DNA of 64,000 nucleotides from assembly GCA_017513085.1 (NCBI GenBank), contig JAFWDK010000010.1, positions 128,001-192,000 on the forward strand, read 5' to 3'. Every line of letters begins with the position of its first letter. Position 1 is the stretch's first letter. Made by a program: the position numbers and the translations under genes. Positions 9,574 to 18,605 of the stretch are shown here, piece after piece. The DNA is from Clostridiales bacterium (GTDB taxonomy: Bacteria > Bacillota > Clostridia > Saccharofermentanales > Saccharofermentanaceae). The notes under the pieces were generated by a model. The model had not been told where the DNA came from. It saw nothing but the letters and a program-made list of their open reading frames with translations, and searched no databases.

Positions 9574-10770
9574 ATGCGTCCGGAGCCGATATTGGCGAAT
9601 GTTTCTCTAATAGGGAATAAGCATATCAATCGTAATACGCCTTGTGAGGATTCGTCCTTTTCACTTACCAGAAATGGTGTTTCTGTAGTCTGTATTTCCG
9701 ATGGAGCCGGTGGTTCCAAGTATACGCATGCCCGATATGGTTCTAAGTGCGCTGTGGAATGTGTTGCAGAACTTCTGACGAGTCATTTTGATGCGTTCTA
9801 TTTTGAGAATAGAGAGAGTGTCTGCAGAAGCATTCTGGTGACTGCAGTACACTCCAAAATGGCGGATCTGCTTGTCGAACATGAATTAGATGGCCTGGAA
9901 AGACTGTCTTGTACTTTGCTGTTCGTTGCGGTCAAGGGAGATCTTGTTCTGGCCGGACATATTGGCGATGGTTTAATTTGCAGGGTGTCCCCGCACGGAC
10001 TGTCTCCGCTGACGCTTCCCGCAAATGGCGAGAATGCCTCTTCCACATATTTTATTACGTTTCCTAATGCGCAGGAATACCTTCGTCTGATTAAGACGAC
10101 GACAGACAATACCCATGCTTTTGTTCTGATGTCAGATGGCGTGGAGGATATGGTCTATGATGCTTCCAACCAACTGGTCAGACCGGTTGTTGCGCGTCTG
10201 GCAGAGTTGGCTTCTCAAGGAAAAGAGAAAGCGGAAGAGGCTCTTGCGGCTACAATTAAGGAATTTGTTGTCGATGCAAGTCAGAATTCAGATGATGCAT
10301 CGGTTGGGATATTGTATTTGACAGGTACTTCGGCACCTGATTTTTCGGCTTTGGCTGATAGTAAAGCTAAAGTTGAGAGAGATTTTAACGACACGATGCG
10401 AGCTGTACAGATGGAATTGGTTCCACAAGTTAAGCATGCGCAGGAAATTCTTTCGAAAATCAATTGCCAAAGTACGCCTGAAAGTGGTAAATTAGAAGGT
10501 AAGAATACTGTCGATGATGAGTCTGTGGATGGCAATAGGGATAAAATGGATTCGGAGTCGACAGCGAGTGAGCATAAAGATGCTGATTTGAAGGATTCTG
10601 ACAAGACGGGCAAACTGGTCGGAAGTGAGACGGAGACAGAACAAGAGGAATCTCGTTCTAGTAAGCTGGAGATTCCGAATGGACGCAAGGTTGTTCCTTT
10701 GTGGGCGTTTTTGTTAATGACCGGACTCTTCATCGCAGCATTAATTGTACTGGCAATCATCGGATTGTAA
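9574..10770 (+). CDS. PP2C-family (YegK/PphC-like) phosphatase with a C-terminal TM anchor
   Basis: GNKH..PCED, ISDGAGG, CTLL, HIGDG, LMSDG, SDDAS; acidic linker followed by a terminal hydrophobic helix. Confidence 0.85.
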   Translation: MRPEPILANVSLIGNKHINRNTPCEDSSFSLTRNGVSVVCISDGAGGSKYTHARYGSKCAVECVAELLTSHFDAFYFENRESVCRSILVTAVHSKMADLLVEHELDGLERLSCTLLFVAVKGDLVLAGHIGDGLICRVSPHGLSPLTLPANGENASSTYFITFPNAQEYLRLIKTTTDNTHAFVLMSDGVEDMVYDASNQLVRPVVARLAELASQGKEKAEEALAATIKEFVVDASQNSDDASVGILYLTGTSAPDFSALADSKAKVERDFNDTMRAVQMELVPQVKHAQEILSKINCQSTPESGKLEGKNTVDDESVDGNRDKMDSESTASEHKDADLKDSDKTGKLVGSETETEQEESRSSKLEIPNGRKVVPLWAFLLMTGLFIAALIVLAIIGL

Positions 10771-10781
10771 TTGGGGGCAGT

Positions 10782-11390
10782 ATGAGTGAGATCGTTAAAC
10801 AGAGAAAATATAACTTCGTATCATCAGTGAAGTTGCCGAAACTCGAGGAGATCATCGAGGCAGCTTCTGATTTTTCCACGCCTACTGAAAAGAAGATCTT
10901 AGTCGGTGAAGACCAGACAAAGAAGAAGAGCATCGAAGATATCACCAAACAGGTGACCATGTCCAAGGAACAGCTCGAACTTCAGAAGCTGGGTATTGCT
11001 GTTGCGGATGCCGAAATCAAGCGTGCTAAGGAGAAGGAACTTGCTCGTGCAGAGGAGCTTCGCCGTCTGTGTAAAGAACGCGAGATGATGGCCCAGAAGC
11101 GTGCGGAAGAAGAAGCGATGAAGGCCGCTGATGGAACAACGGCGAAGAAGACTATTGTTGAAGAATCTTTTTCAGAAGCAGATGTTCCGGAAGAAATCGA
11201 GGAGAAGGTTTATGCCGATCTCTCCGAAGTGGCCGAGAATCCTTTCGACGAGAGCAAAGCTGCGAAGAAGAGAGAGCCGGCTGAGAAGCATGAATTCCAG
11301 GAGACCATTCTTGAAGATGACTATACAGAAGAGATGGACTTCCTGGATGATAGTTCCGAGTCAGTCGATGATGACTTCCTGGATTTCTGA
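10782..11390 (+). CDS. Hypothetical coiled-coil/acidic protein
   Basis: ATG at 10782 after a GGGGG RBS; host-like codon usage; ends DDDFLDF; followed by a terminator. Confidence 0.7.
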   Translation: MSEIVKQRKYNFVSSVKLPKLEEIIEAASDFSTPTEKKILVGEDQTKKKSIEDITKQVTMSKEQLELQKLGIAVADAEIKRAKEKELARAEELRRLCKEREMMAQKRAEEEAMKAADGTTAKKTIVEESFSEADVPEEIEEKVYADLSEVAENPFDESKAAKKREPAEKHEFQETILEDDYTEEMDFLDDSSESVDDDFLDF

Positions 11391-11418
11391 TCATTAGTCG
11401 TAACCCATAGAATTATTA

Positions 11419-11456
11419 AGGCCTGCAGAAATAAACTGCAGGCCTGTTTGTTTTTT
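11419..11456 (+). terminator. Intrinsic terminator
   Basis: AGGCCTGCAG/CTGCAGGCCT stem followed by a T-rich tract, between convergent genes. Confidence 0.75.
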
Positions 11457-11488
11457 GTGGGGTTTGAAACATGAAGGGAATTGAATAT

Positions 11489-12499
11489 TCAGATACGACA
11501 CCTTACTAATAGAATAAGTATGTAGATTGAATTGATGGCAACGTGAAGGAGAATAAATCTCTCGGTTACTTTCTGGTTTGCCCAACCTAATTCCTTACGG
11601 CAATGATCGTGAAGCGGTGTACGGATGCCTTTCAAAGGATCGAGTTTCTTCTTAGTTGCGCGGAGAACGGCGAGTTTCAGAAGAGAAGAACCGCCATCGC
11701 AGATCAACGGAAGACAGATGATGATGTATGAGAATGGATTGGCCGTAGCCATGGCAAAAAGAGCCAGAAGAACGCCGATTGCCTGAGAACCGGAATCTCC
11801 CATCAGCAAGGTGCTCGGATGACAGTTGAACCAGAGATAAACACCTAATACCGGAACAAGATAGATCATAGCACTCTGTATCATGGATGTTGGTCCTGCT
11901 GTGATCACGGTCATCAAAATAAAGGTTATTGTTGCCACCATGGACATTCCGCCGCAAAGACCATCTACGCCGTCGCTTGCGTTAGTGAAATTTATGGAAA
12001 GCCATACAAGAAGCGCGGCCAGAACGATATACAAAGGAAATGGTATGGTAAAATAAATATTCAGAGAGAAGATATATATAGTTCTCGGGAATAGTAAAGC
12101 GGCCAGCACGGCTGATCCCAGAGCAACGAATATGTCGGTTAACGCTTTCTTCATTGCGCTCCAGTTGTGCTTGTCATCCAGAAATCCGAAAATAGCAGCA
12201 CATAGAACGAATAGATATACACCGGCTTCTTTTATTGTGAGTGTAGTGAAAAGGGCAAGGCTTACGATCATGCAACTGATGAATATGATGCCGGCGCTGG
12301 TCGGTTTTCCCTTGGCACTGGCGCCGTCAACGGCAAAAGCTCTGCCGCCGTCAGTCGGAAGATACTTGTTTTGTCTTCTTAATGCGATATAAGTAGTAAT
12401 AAGCGTAAATATAGGTCCGATAAGTCCCCAATACTTCGATGGAAACAGATATGCAAACAAACTAAATACCCCCACTTTGAAACAGTTCTTTTCAAGCAA
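11489..12499 (-). CDS. mraY: Phospho-N-acetylmuramoyl-pentapeptide transferase
   Basis: KGKPTSAG, GFLDD, NFTNASDGVDGL, FNCHPS..LMGDSGS, TPLHDH; multiple TM helices. Confidence 0.88.
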   Translation of the reverse strand: MLEKNCFKVGVFSLFAYLFPSKYWGLIGPIFTLITTYIALRRQNKYLPTDGGRAFAVDGASAKGKPTSAGIIFISCMIVSLALFTTLTIKEAGVYLFVLCAAIFGFLDDKHNWSAMKKALTDIFVALGSAVLAALLFPRTIYIFSLNIYFTIPFPLYIVLAALLVWLSINFTNASDGVDGLCGGMSMVATITFILMTVITAGPTSMIQSAMIYLVPVLGVYLWFNCHPSTLLMGDSGSQAIGVLLALFAMATANPFSYIIICLPLICDGGSSLLKLAVLRATKKKLDPLKGIRTPLHDHCRKELGWANQKVTERFILLHVAINSIYILILLVRCRI

Positions 12500-12589
12500 A
12501 ACCTATAATAACACAAATTAAAATAATATAGTATAATATACGGACGAGTTACTTTTAACAGAAATGTACTTGAGATAGGAGACTTTTTC

Positions 12590-14323
12590 ATGGATTTTAG
12601 AAAAGCAGTAGCGACAAAGGTTTCAGAAGTTACCGGTTTGGATCTTGATACAGTCAATCGGCTGGTGGAAATTCCTCCGCAAGCAGATATGGGTGATTAC
12701 GCATTCCCTTGTTTTGCTCTTGCCAAGACGATGCACAAGGCGCCGAACATGATCGCGTCGGACCTGGCTTCCAATGATGCATTTTCCGCACAGTGGCTCT
12801 CCCGTGTGGAAGCTAAGGGACCATACCTTAATTTTTTTGTGGATCGTGGTGAATATGTCCGTGAAGTTCTTAGCGAAGTACTGAAAGAAGGACTGACCTA
12901 TGGTCAATCGGAGGAGGGTGCCGGAAAGACTGTTGTCGTTGAGTTCTCTTCACCGAATATTGCGAAGCCGTTCCATGTCGGACATGCTTTTACTACGATC
13001 CTTGGTCATTCTTTGTCCCGTATCTATGAAAAACTCGGCTATAAGGTCGTCCGGATGAACCATCTGGGAGATTATGGTACGCAGTTCGGTAAGCTTATCA
13101 CTGCTTTCCGCCTTTGGGGCGATGAAGCGGCTTTAGAGAAGAACGCGATTGATGAGCTGCTCCGGATTTACGTCAAATTCCATGAAGAAGAGAAGAAAGA
13201 TCCTTCCCTGACAACATCTGCCCGCGAGAATTTTAAGAAGCTCGAGGATGGTTGTCCGGAAGAAGTGGCTCTCTGGACACGGTTCAGAGATCTTTCCCTG
13301 AAAGAGTTCCAGATCCTTTACGATCGCATGGGCGTGACTTTTGATAACTATAATGGTGAAAGTTATTACAGTTCCAAGATCCCGGCAATCGTGGACATGC
13401 TCCGCGAGAAAGGGCTTCTGGTGGAGAGCGAAGGCGCACAGGTCGTCATGCTGGATGATAAGAAGCTTCCGCCATGCATTATCCTGAAATCGGACGGAAC
13501 GACGATCTACGCTTCGCGTGATCTGGCTGCGGCTAAATATCGTTATGATGAATACCACTTTGATAAGAATATCTATGTGGTAGGACTTCCGCAGGCACTG
13601 CACTTCCAGCAGGTATTTGCCGTGCTGGAGAAGGCGGGTATGCCTTTTGCGAAAAACTGCGAGCATGTTGGCTTCGGTCTCGTGAAGTTCCAGAATATGA
13701 AATTCAGTACACGTGAAGGAAATATCGTTACACTCGAAGATCTTTTGAATGAGAGCGTGGCGAAGACATATGAGATCATCAAAGCAAATGCCGAGACGAG
13801 AAATTCTGATCTGAGTGAGCAGGATCTTCGTGAAATCGCTGAGAAAGTCGGTCTTGGCGCCGTGATCTACACATATGTGAAAGCCGGAAGAGAAAGAGAT
13901 ATCGTTTTCTCATGGGACACCATGCTGGACTTTGAGGGTGACACCGCTCCGTATCTCATCTATACATACGCAAGAACCAAGTCGATCTTGCGCAAAGCTC
14001 TGGCCAATGGCATTTCTCCTGCAACTTCCGGCAGCGAGCTTCTAACCAGACTTGCCGGTGATGAAGAATTTGCCTGTGTGAAGGCGATTGCGGACCTGCC
14101 GGATGCAATCCGTAAGGCGGCTTCCAGCAATGAACCGTTTATGATCTCTCGTGCGGTAAGCGGTATTGCTAGAGCTTTTAACAGATTCTATAACAACTGT
14201 TCTATCCTTTCCGGGGATGATGAGGAGTTGAAAGTGGCACGTCTGGCTCTTTGCCAGTGTGTATGTGACTGTATCGAACTGGGTACCTATCTCCTGGGTA
14301 TCTCGGTTGTCGATCAGATGTAA
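12590..14323 (+). CDS. argS: Arginine--tRNA ligase
   Basis: VEFSSPNIAKPFHVGH (HIGH motif), NHLGDYGTQFG, FSTREG, GDTAPYLIYTYAR. Confidence 0.96.
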   Translation: MDFRKAVATKVSEVTGLDLDTVNRLVEIPPQADMGDYAFPCFALAKTMHKAPNMIASDLASNDAFSAQWLSRVEAKGPYLNFFVDRGEYVREVLSEVLKEGLTYGQSEEGAGKTVVVEFSSPNIAKPFHVGHAFTTILGHSLSRIYEKLGYKVVRMNHLGDYGTQFGKLITAFRLWGDEAALEKNAIDELLRIYVKFHEEEKKDPSLTTSARENFKKLEDGCPEEVALWTRFRDLSLKEFQILYDRMGVTFDNYNGESYYSSKIPAIVDMLREKGLLVESEGAQVVMLDDKKLPPCIILKSDGTTIYASRDLAAAKYRYDEYHFDKNIYVVGLPQALHFQQVFAVLEKAGMPFAKNCEHVGFGLVKFQNMKFSTREGNIVTLEDLLNESVAKTYEIIKANAETRNSDLSEQDLREIAEKVGLGAVIYTYVKAGRERDIVFSWDTMLDFEGDTAPYLIYTYARTKSILRKALANGISPATSGSELLTRLAGDEEFACVKAIADLPDAIRKAASSNEPFMISRAVSGIARAFNRFYNNCSILSGDDEELKVARLALCQCVCDCIELGTYLLGISVVDQM

Positions 14324-14343
14324 AATTCGGATCGAGGTGAACC

Positions 14344-16047
14344 ATGTCTGACGAAAACATGAAGATGCCGAAGTTTTCGGAAATCGAGTACAAAAGACCT
14401 TCTGTAGAGCATTTCCGCGAATGTGCCATGAGCACAAGACTGAAACTCATGACGGCCAGAGATCCGGAAGTTGTGGAAGCAGCGATCATGACGTTTCAAA
14501 GAGAGATAAGTGCTTTTGACACGGCTTACACGATCTGCATGATTCGTCACGACTTGGATACATCGGATGAGTTCTATAACGACGAGATGGATTTCTTCGA
14601 TGAAAACTATCCTGTTGTTTCCGATCTTGCCGCTAGTGTATATACTCAGCTTCTCCACTCGGAGATCCGCCCACAGCTGGAAGAGCGGTTTGGGACGATG
14701 ATCTTCCGTAAGACGCAGAACCAGAGGGATATCGTTAATAGTGAGGTTCTTGATCTTCTGGCTGAAGAGAGCTCTCTGGAGAATGAATACAGTCAGATCC
14801 TTTCAGAAGCCGATATAGTTTTTAAAGGCCGCCATAATACGATTTCGACAATGAACCCTTTCCTGGAGTCCACAAACCGTGAAGAGCGGAAGAAGGCGCA
14901 TAAGGCGGTTTCGGATTATTACGCTGCGCAGAAGCCGAAATTCGATGAAATCTACGATAAGATGGTAAAGATCCGTACGGAGATCTCACACAAACTGGGA
15001 TTCCGGAATTTCGTAGAACTGGGATATAAGCGCATGGAGCGCTATGATTACAATGAGGATATGGTTAAGGAATTCCGTGATAATGTGGTGAAGTATATCG
15101 TGCCGCTTACCTCGGAGATACGAAGACTTCAGAAGAACAGGTTGGACGTGGATAAACTCTGCTATTATGATCTGCCGTGTCTGTTTGTTCACGGAAATCC
15201 GGTACCGGTGATCCCGCAGAGTGAATACTTTGAGACCGGATCGAAAATGTTCGGGCAGATGTTCGATAAGGATCCGAGTTTCTTCCAGGTCCTTGGCGAA
15301 CATGATTTTATGGATCTGTTTTCCAGACAGAATAAATCCACAGGCGGATATTGCGCTTCGCTTCTGGACTATGGTATTCCTTTTGTATTGATGAATGCGA
15401 ACAGCACTTCCGATGATATCGCGACTATGGTGCATGAGTCCGGACATGCGTATGCAGCGCTTCGAAGCATCGACTCTTCTCAGTTTATTGAGTGCCTGTC
15501 TCCTACGCTGGAAGCTTGTGAGATCCATTCTACGGCGATGGAGTATCTTTCTTATCCTTTCATGGAAATGTTTTTCAAGGAACATGCCGATGCGTATCGC
15601 GAACAGCATATGACACTGGCTCTTCTTTTCCTTCCGTATGGTTGCCTGGTAGACGAATATCAGCATGTGGTGTATAAGAATCCGGATATGACGCCGGAAG
15701 AACGCCACGCGGCATGGAGAGAGCTGGAGAAAAAATATCAGCCGGATATCGACTACGATGGAGATGCATTTTATGAGCAGGGTGGAGCATGGATGAAGAA
15801 GGAGCATATCTTTACTTCTCCGTTCTACTACATTGATTACTGCCTTGCACAGGTTTGTGCGCTTCAGATCTGGGATATTTCAAGGAAGAACAGAAAAAAG
15901 GCGATGAGTATTTACGATCACCTGTGTGCAGAAGGCGGTACGAAGACGCTGATCGACCTGGTGGAGGATGCAGGCCTGGAATCTCCGTTTTCACTTGATG
16001 TGATGAAGAAGATTGCCTATCAGGTTTGTGACTATTTGAATCTATGA
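14344..16047 (+). CDS. M3-family oligoendopeptidase
   Basis: HESGH zinc motif, EIHS, HIFTSPFYYIDY. Confidence 0.9.
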   Translation: MSDENMKMPKFSEIEYKRPSVEHFRECAMSTRLKLMTARDPEVVEAAIMTFQREISAFDTAYTICMIRHDLDTSDEFYNDEMDFFDENYPVVSDLAASVYTQLLHSEIRPQLEERFGTMIFRKTQNQRDIVNSEVLDLLAEESSLENEYSQILSEADIVFKGRHNTISTMNPFLESTNREERKKAHKAVSDYYAAQKPKFDEIYDKMVKIRTEISHKLGFRNFVELGYKRMERYDYNEDMVKEFRDNVVKYIVPLTSEIRRLQKNRLDVDKLCYYDLPCLFVHGNPVPVIPQSEYFETGSKMFGQMFDKDPSFFQVLGEHDFMDLFSRQNKSTGGYCASLLDYGIPFVLMNANSTSDDIATMVHESGHAYAALRSIDSSQFIECLSPTLEACEIHSTAMEYLSYPFMEMFFKEHADAYREQHMTLALLFLPYGCLVDEYQHVVYKNPDMTPEERHAAWRELEKKYQPDIDYDGDAFYEQGGAWMKKEHIFTSPFYYIDYCLAQVCALQIWDISRKNRKKAMSIYDHLCAEGGTKTLIDLVEDAGLESPFSLDVMKKIAYQVCDYLNL

Positions 16048-17477
16048 AACTTCCGGAGTCATTTCAAAAACGGATGAGCGCCTACTTTTCTGAACGCGGC
16101 CTTCAAACTGAGGAGAAAGCGTTCTGGGAGTCTTATGAAAAAGCGCCTTTGCACGGCATTCGTTGGAATCGCCTAAAGATTGCATCTTCGGAGTATCAGG
16201 CCTTGATGCAGGATCTGGATCTGCCTTTCGATCCGGTTTCATGGTGCGACGGCGGATTCTATACGCCTGATATTTCTTTGGGAAAAGAACCGTATTACCA
16301 TGCAGGTGCTTACTATATCCAGGAACCCAGCGCAATGCTTCCTGCTTCGGTTTTGGGGACCCAACCGGGAGAATTCATTCTGGATATGTGCGCTGCACCG
16401 GGAGGAAAAGCAACCCGGATCGCCGAGGACTTAAACGGAGCCGGTCTTCTGGTTGCGAATGAGATCAATGCCGACAGATCCCGTGCGCTTCTCCGTAATT
16501 TGGAGAGAGCCGGAGCTTCTAATGTCGTTATTCTGAATGAGAATCCGAAGAATATGGTCAAGAATTTTTCCGGCTTTTTTGACAGGATCATCATCGATGC
16601 ACCTTGCTCCGGTGAAGGAATGTTCCGAAGAGATCCTTTTGCTCCGAAGAGCTGGGAAAAATTCGGTCCGTCGTCTTGTGTGCCGATCCAGAAAGAAATC
16701 CTCGGTTATGCGGATGCGATGCTGAAAGCAGGCGGGGATCTGGTCTATTCGACTTGTACATTCTGTGAAGAAGAGAATGAGAAACAGATACTGGGCTTTT
16801 TGCAGGAGCACCCGGATTATGTGATCGTTTCCCATACTGAACTTACCGGTGTTTCACACGATGAAAACGGGATGATGCGCATCTGGCCGCACAAAACCAG
16901 AGGAGAAGGTCATTTCTGTGTACATCTTCATAAAAACGGTGAAGAGCAGCGAGATGACAGTCGCAAGATCGAGAAAAACCCTTCCTCCACGCAGTTTACT
17001 TTTGTTAAAGCAAGGGAATGCTTTGAGAATTTTGCCCTCGGCCTTTTGGCGGAACCCTATAAAAACGAATACATTTCCAGGATCAAGACGGATTTTGTCT
17101 TGCATAAAGACAAAGTTCACATGCTTCCTGTTTCCGAATCTCTGTTCCGAGGATTGAAAGTCGTGAAGATGGGTGCTTTTCCGGGAGAAATCAAAGAGAC
17201 GGCAAAGGGAAGAGTATTCACTCCGTCTCAGGCTTTTGCGCTTGAACTGACCAGAGAGAAGATATCTGCGTCGAGATTTCTTTCTTTGAAAAGGACTGAT
17301 GAGAGATTATTGCGCTATCTGCGTTGTGAGACGATCATGCTGAATGAAGAAGAGCAGGATATGCTGGATAACGGCGAATATATCGTCATTGCCTGTGAGG
17401 ATTTTCCGTTGGGCTTTGGCAAAACACAGGGAAATACGGTCAAGAACGCCTACCCGAAGGCATGGCGGTTGGTATAA
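16044..17477 (+). CDS. rsmF: RsmF/NOL1/NOP2/Sun family rRNA m5C methyltransferase
   Basis: YYIQEPSAM, LDMCAAPGGK, DAPCSGEGMFR, YSTCT; C-terminal KNAYPKAWR. Confidence 0.88.
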   Translation: MKLPESFQKRMSAYFSERGLQTEEKAFWESYEKAPLHGIRWNRLKIASSEYQALMQDLDLPFDPVSWCDGGFYTPDISLGKEPYYHAGAYYIQEPSAMLPASVLGTQPGEFILDMCAAPGGKATRIAEDLNGAGLLVANEINADRSRALLRNLERAGASNVVILNENPKNMVKNFSGFFDRIIIDAPCSGEGMFRRDPFAPKSWEKFGPSSCVPIQKEILGYADAMLKAGGDLVYSTCTFCEEENEKQILGFLQEHPDYVIVSHTELTGVSHDENGMMRIWPHKTRGEGHFCVHLHKNGEEQRDDSRKIEKNPSSTQFTFVKARECFENFALGLLAEPYKNEYISRIKTDFVLHKDKVHMLPVSESLFRGLKVVKMGAFPGEIKETAKGRVFTPSQAFALELTREKISASRFLSLKRTDERLLRYLRCETIMLNEEEQDMLDNGEYIVIACEDFPLGFGKTQGNTVKNAYPKAWRLV

Positions 17478-17487
17478 GGAGGAAAAA

Positions 17488-18078
17488 ATGGAACGTTTTT
17501 TAGTTGCAAGTAAGAATAAAGATAAGATCCATGAGATCTCGGAGATCCTTTCAGAGTGTCCTTTTGAAATCGTAGGCATGGAGAATATCGGGATCCATAC
17601 TGATGTTGTGGAAGATGCGGATTCTTTTCAAGGAAATGCGCTTCTGAAAGCAACGGCGATCCATAAACAGGTCGGCGGGTATGTAATGGCCGACGACTCC
17701 GGTCTTTGCATCGATGCGCTCGACGGGGCGCCGGGTATTTATTCTTCGCGTTTCTGTGGAGAAGATTCCACATATCAGGAGAAGTTTGAGAAGATCTGGG
17801 AAATGCTCAAGGATGTTCCGAAGGAGCAGTGGACCGCACACTTTGTTTGCGCAATCGCCGTAGTTCGTCCGGATGGCAGTCATTTTGTGGTTCAGGAACA
17901 GTGCGATGGCGTACTGCTTGACAGCCCACGTGGCGAGAATGGTTTCGGATATGATCCAATCTTCTTTGTACCGGAGTTAGGAAAAACAACTGCGGAGATT
18001 TCCGATGAAGAGAAAAATGCAATCAGCCATCGGGGTAAGGCACTTCGTTCAATGCTTGCCATTTTGAAAGAAAAATGA
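17488..18078 (+). CDS. rdgB: Non-canonical purine NTP pyrophosphatase (RdgB/HAM1)
   Basis: ASKNKDK, ADDSGL, GAPGIYSSR, GFGYDPIF, KNAISHRG; AGGAGG RBS. Confidence 0.93.
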   Translation: MERFLVASKNKDKIHEISEILSECPFEIVGMENIGIHTDVVEDADSFQGNALLKATAIHKQVGGYVMADDSGLCIDALDGAPGIYSSRFCGEDSTYQEKFEKIWEMLKDVPKEQWTAHFVCAIAVVRPDGSHFVVQEQCDGVLLDSPRGENGFGYDPIFFVPELGKTTAEISDEEKNAISHRGKALRSMLAILKEK

Positions 18079-18084
18079 TATACT
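18056..18084 (+). promoter_or_regulatory. Sigma-A promoter for thrR-hom
   Basis: TTGCCA-17 nt-TATACT with an extended -10 TG, overlapping the 3' end of rdgB. Confidence 0.6.
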
Positions 18085-18156
18085 TTCCTGCGTGCACAAG
18101 TGTACACGCACCGTGGACACTTGGAACAGGTAGATTTCTTTCCGAAGAGGCTGTAT

Positions 18157-18600
18157 ATGTCTGAAAACAACGACTATTTACTTGTAAAAGCGGACGTTTT
18201 GCCTGAAGTGTTTGTTAAGGTAATGGAGGCGAAGCGCCTTTTAAATTCCGGAAAAGCACTTTCTGTTAATGAGGCCGTGAAAATGGTTTCTCTTTCCCGC
18301 AGTGCGTATTATAAGTACAAAGATGCGGTAATGCCTTTCTATGAAACCAGTCAGGGAAAGATCGTGACGCTGATCGTTGCGGTCGAAAATTTTCCGGGTA
18401 TTCTGGCCGGTATTATTCAGTGTATCGCCTTTGTTAAAGGAAATATCCTCACGATCAATCAGAATATTCCGATCAATGGACTCGCGGATGTGTCTGTTTC
18501 TATGGAGACGGATCGCATGACTGAGTCCATCGATGTTTTGATCAAAGAGGTGCAGAATATTCCGGGAGTTCGTTCCTGCAGAATTATGGCTAGGGAGTGA
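18157..18600 (+). CDS. thrR: HTH-ACT protein, ThrR/PheB family transcriptional regulator
   Basis: VLPEVFVKVMEAK..L, SRSAYYKYKD, NILTINQNIP; directly upstream of hom. Confidence 0.8.
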   Translation: MSENNDYLLVKADVLPEVFVKVMEAKRLLNSGKALSVNEAVKMVSLSRSAYYKYKDAVMPFYETSQGKIVTLIVAVENFPGILAGIIQCIAFVKGNILTINQNIPINGLADVSVSMETDRMTESIDVLIKEVQNIPGVRSCRIMARE

Positions 18601-18605
18601 TAGAG

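Noticed and set aside
12500-12589. T-box leader before argS
   Set aside because: Only 90 nt shared with the divergent mraY; no T-box consensus or terminator visible.
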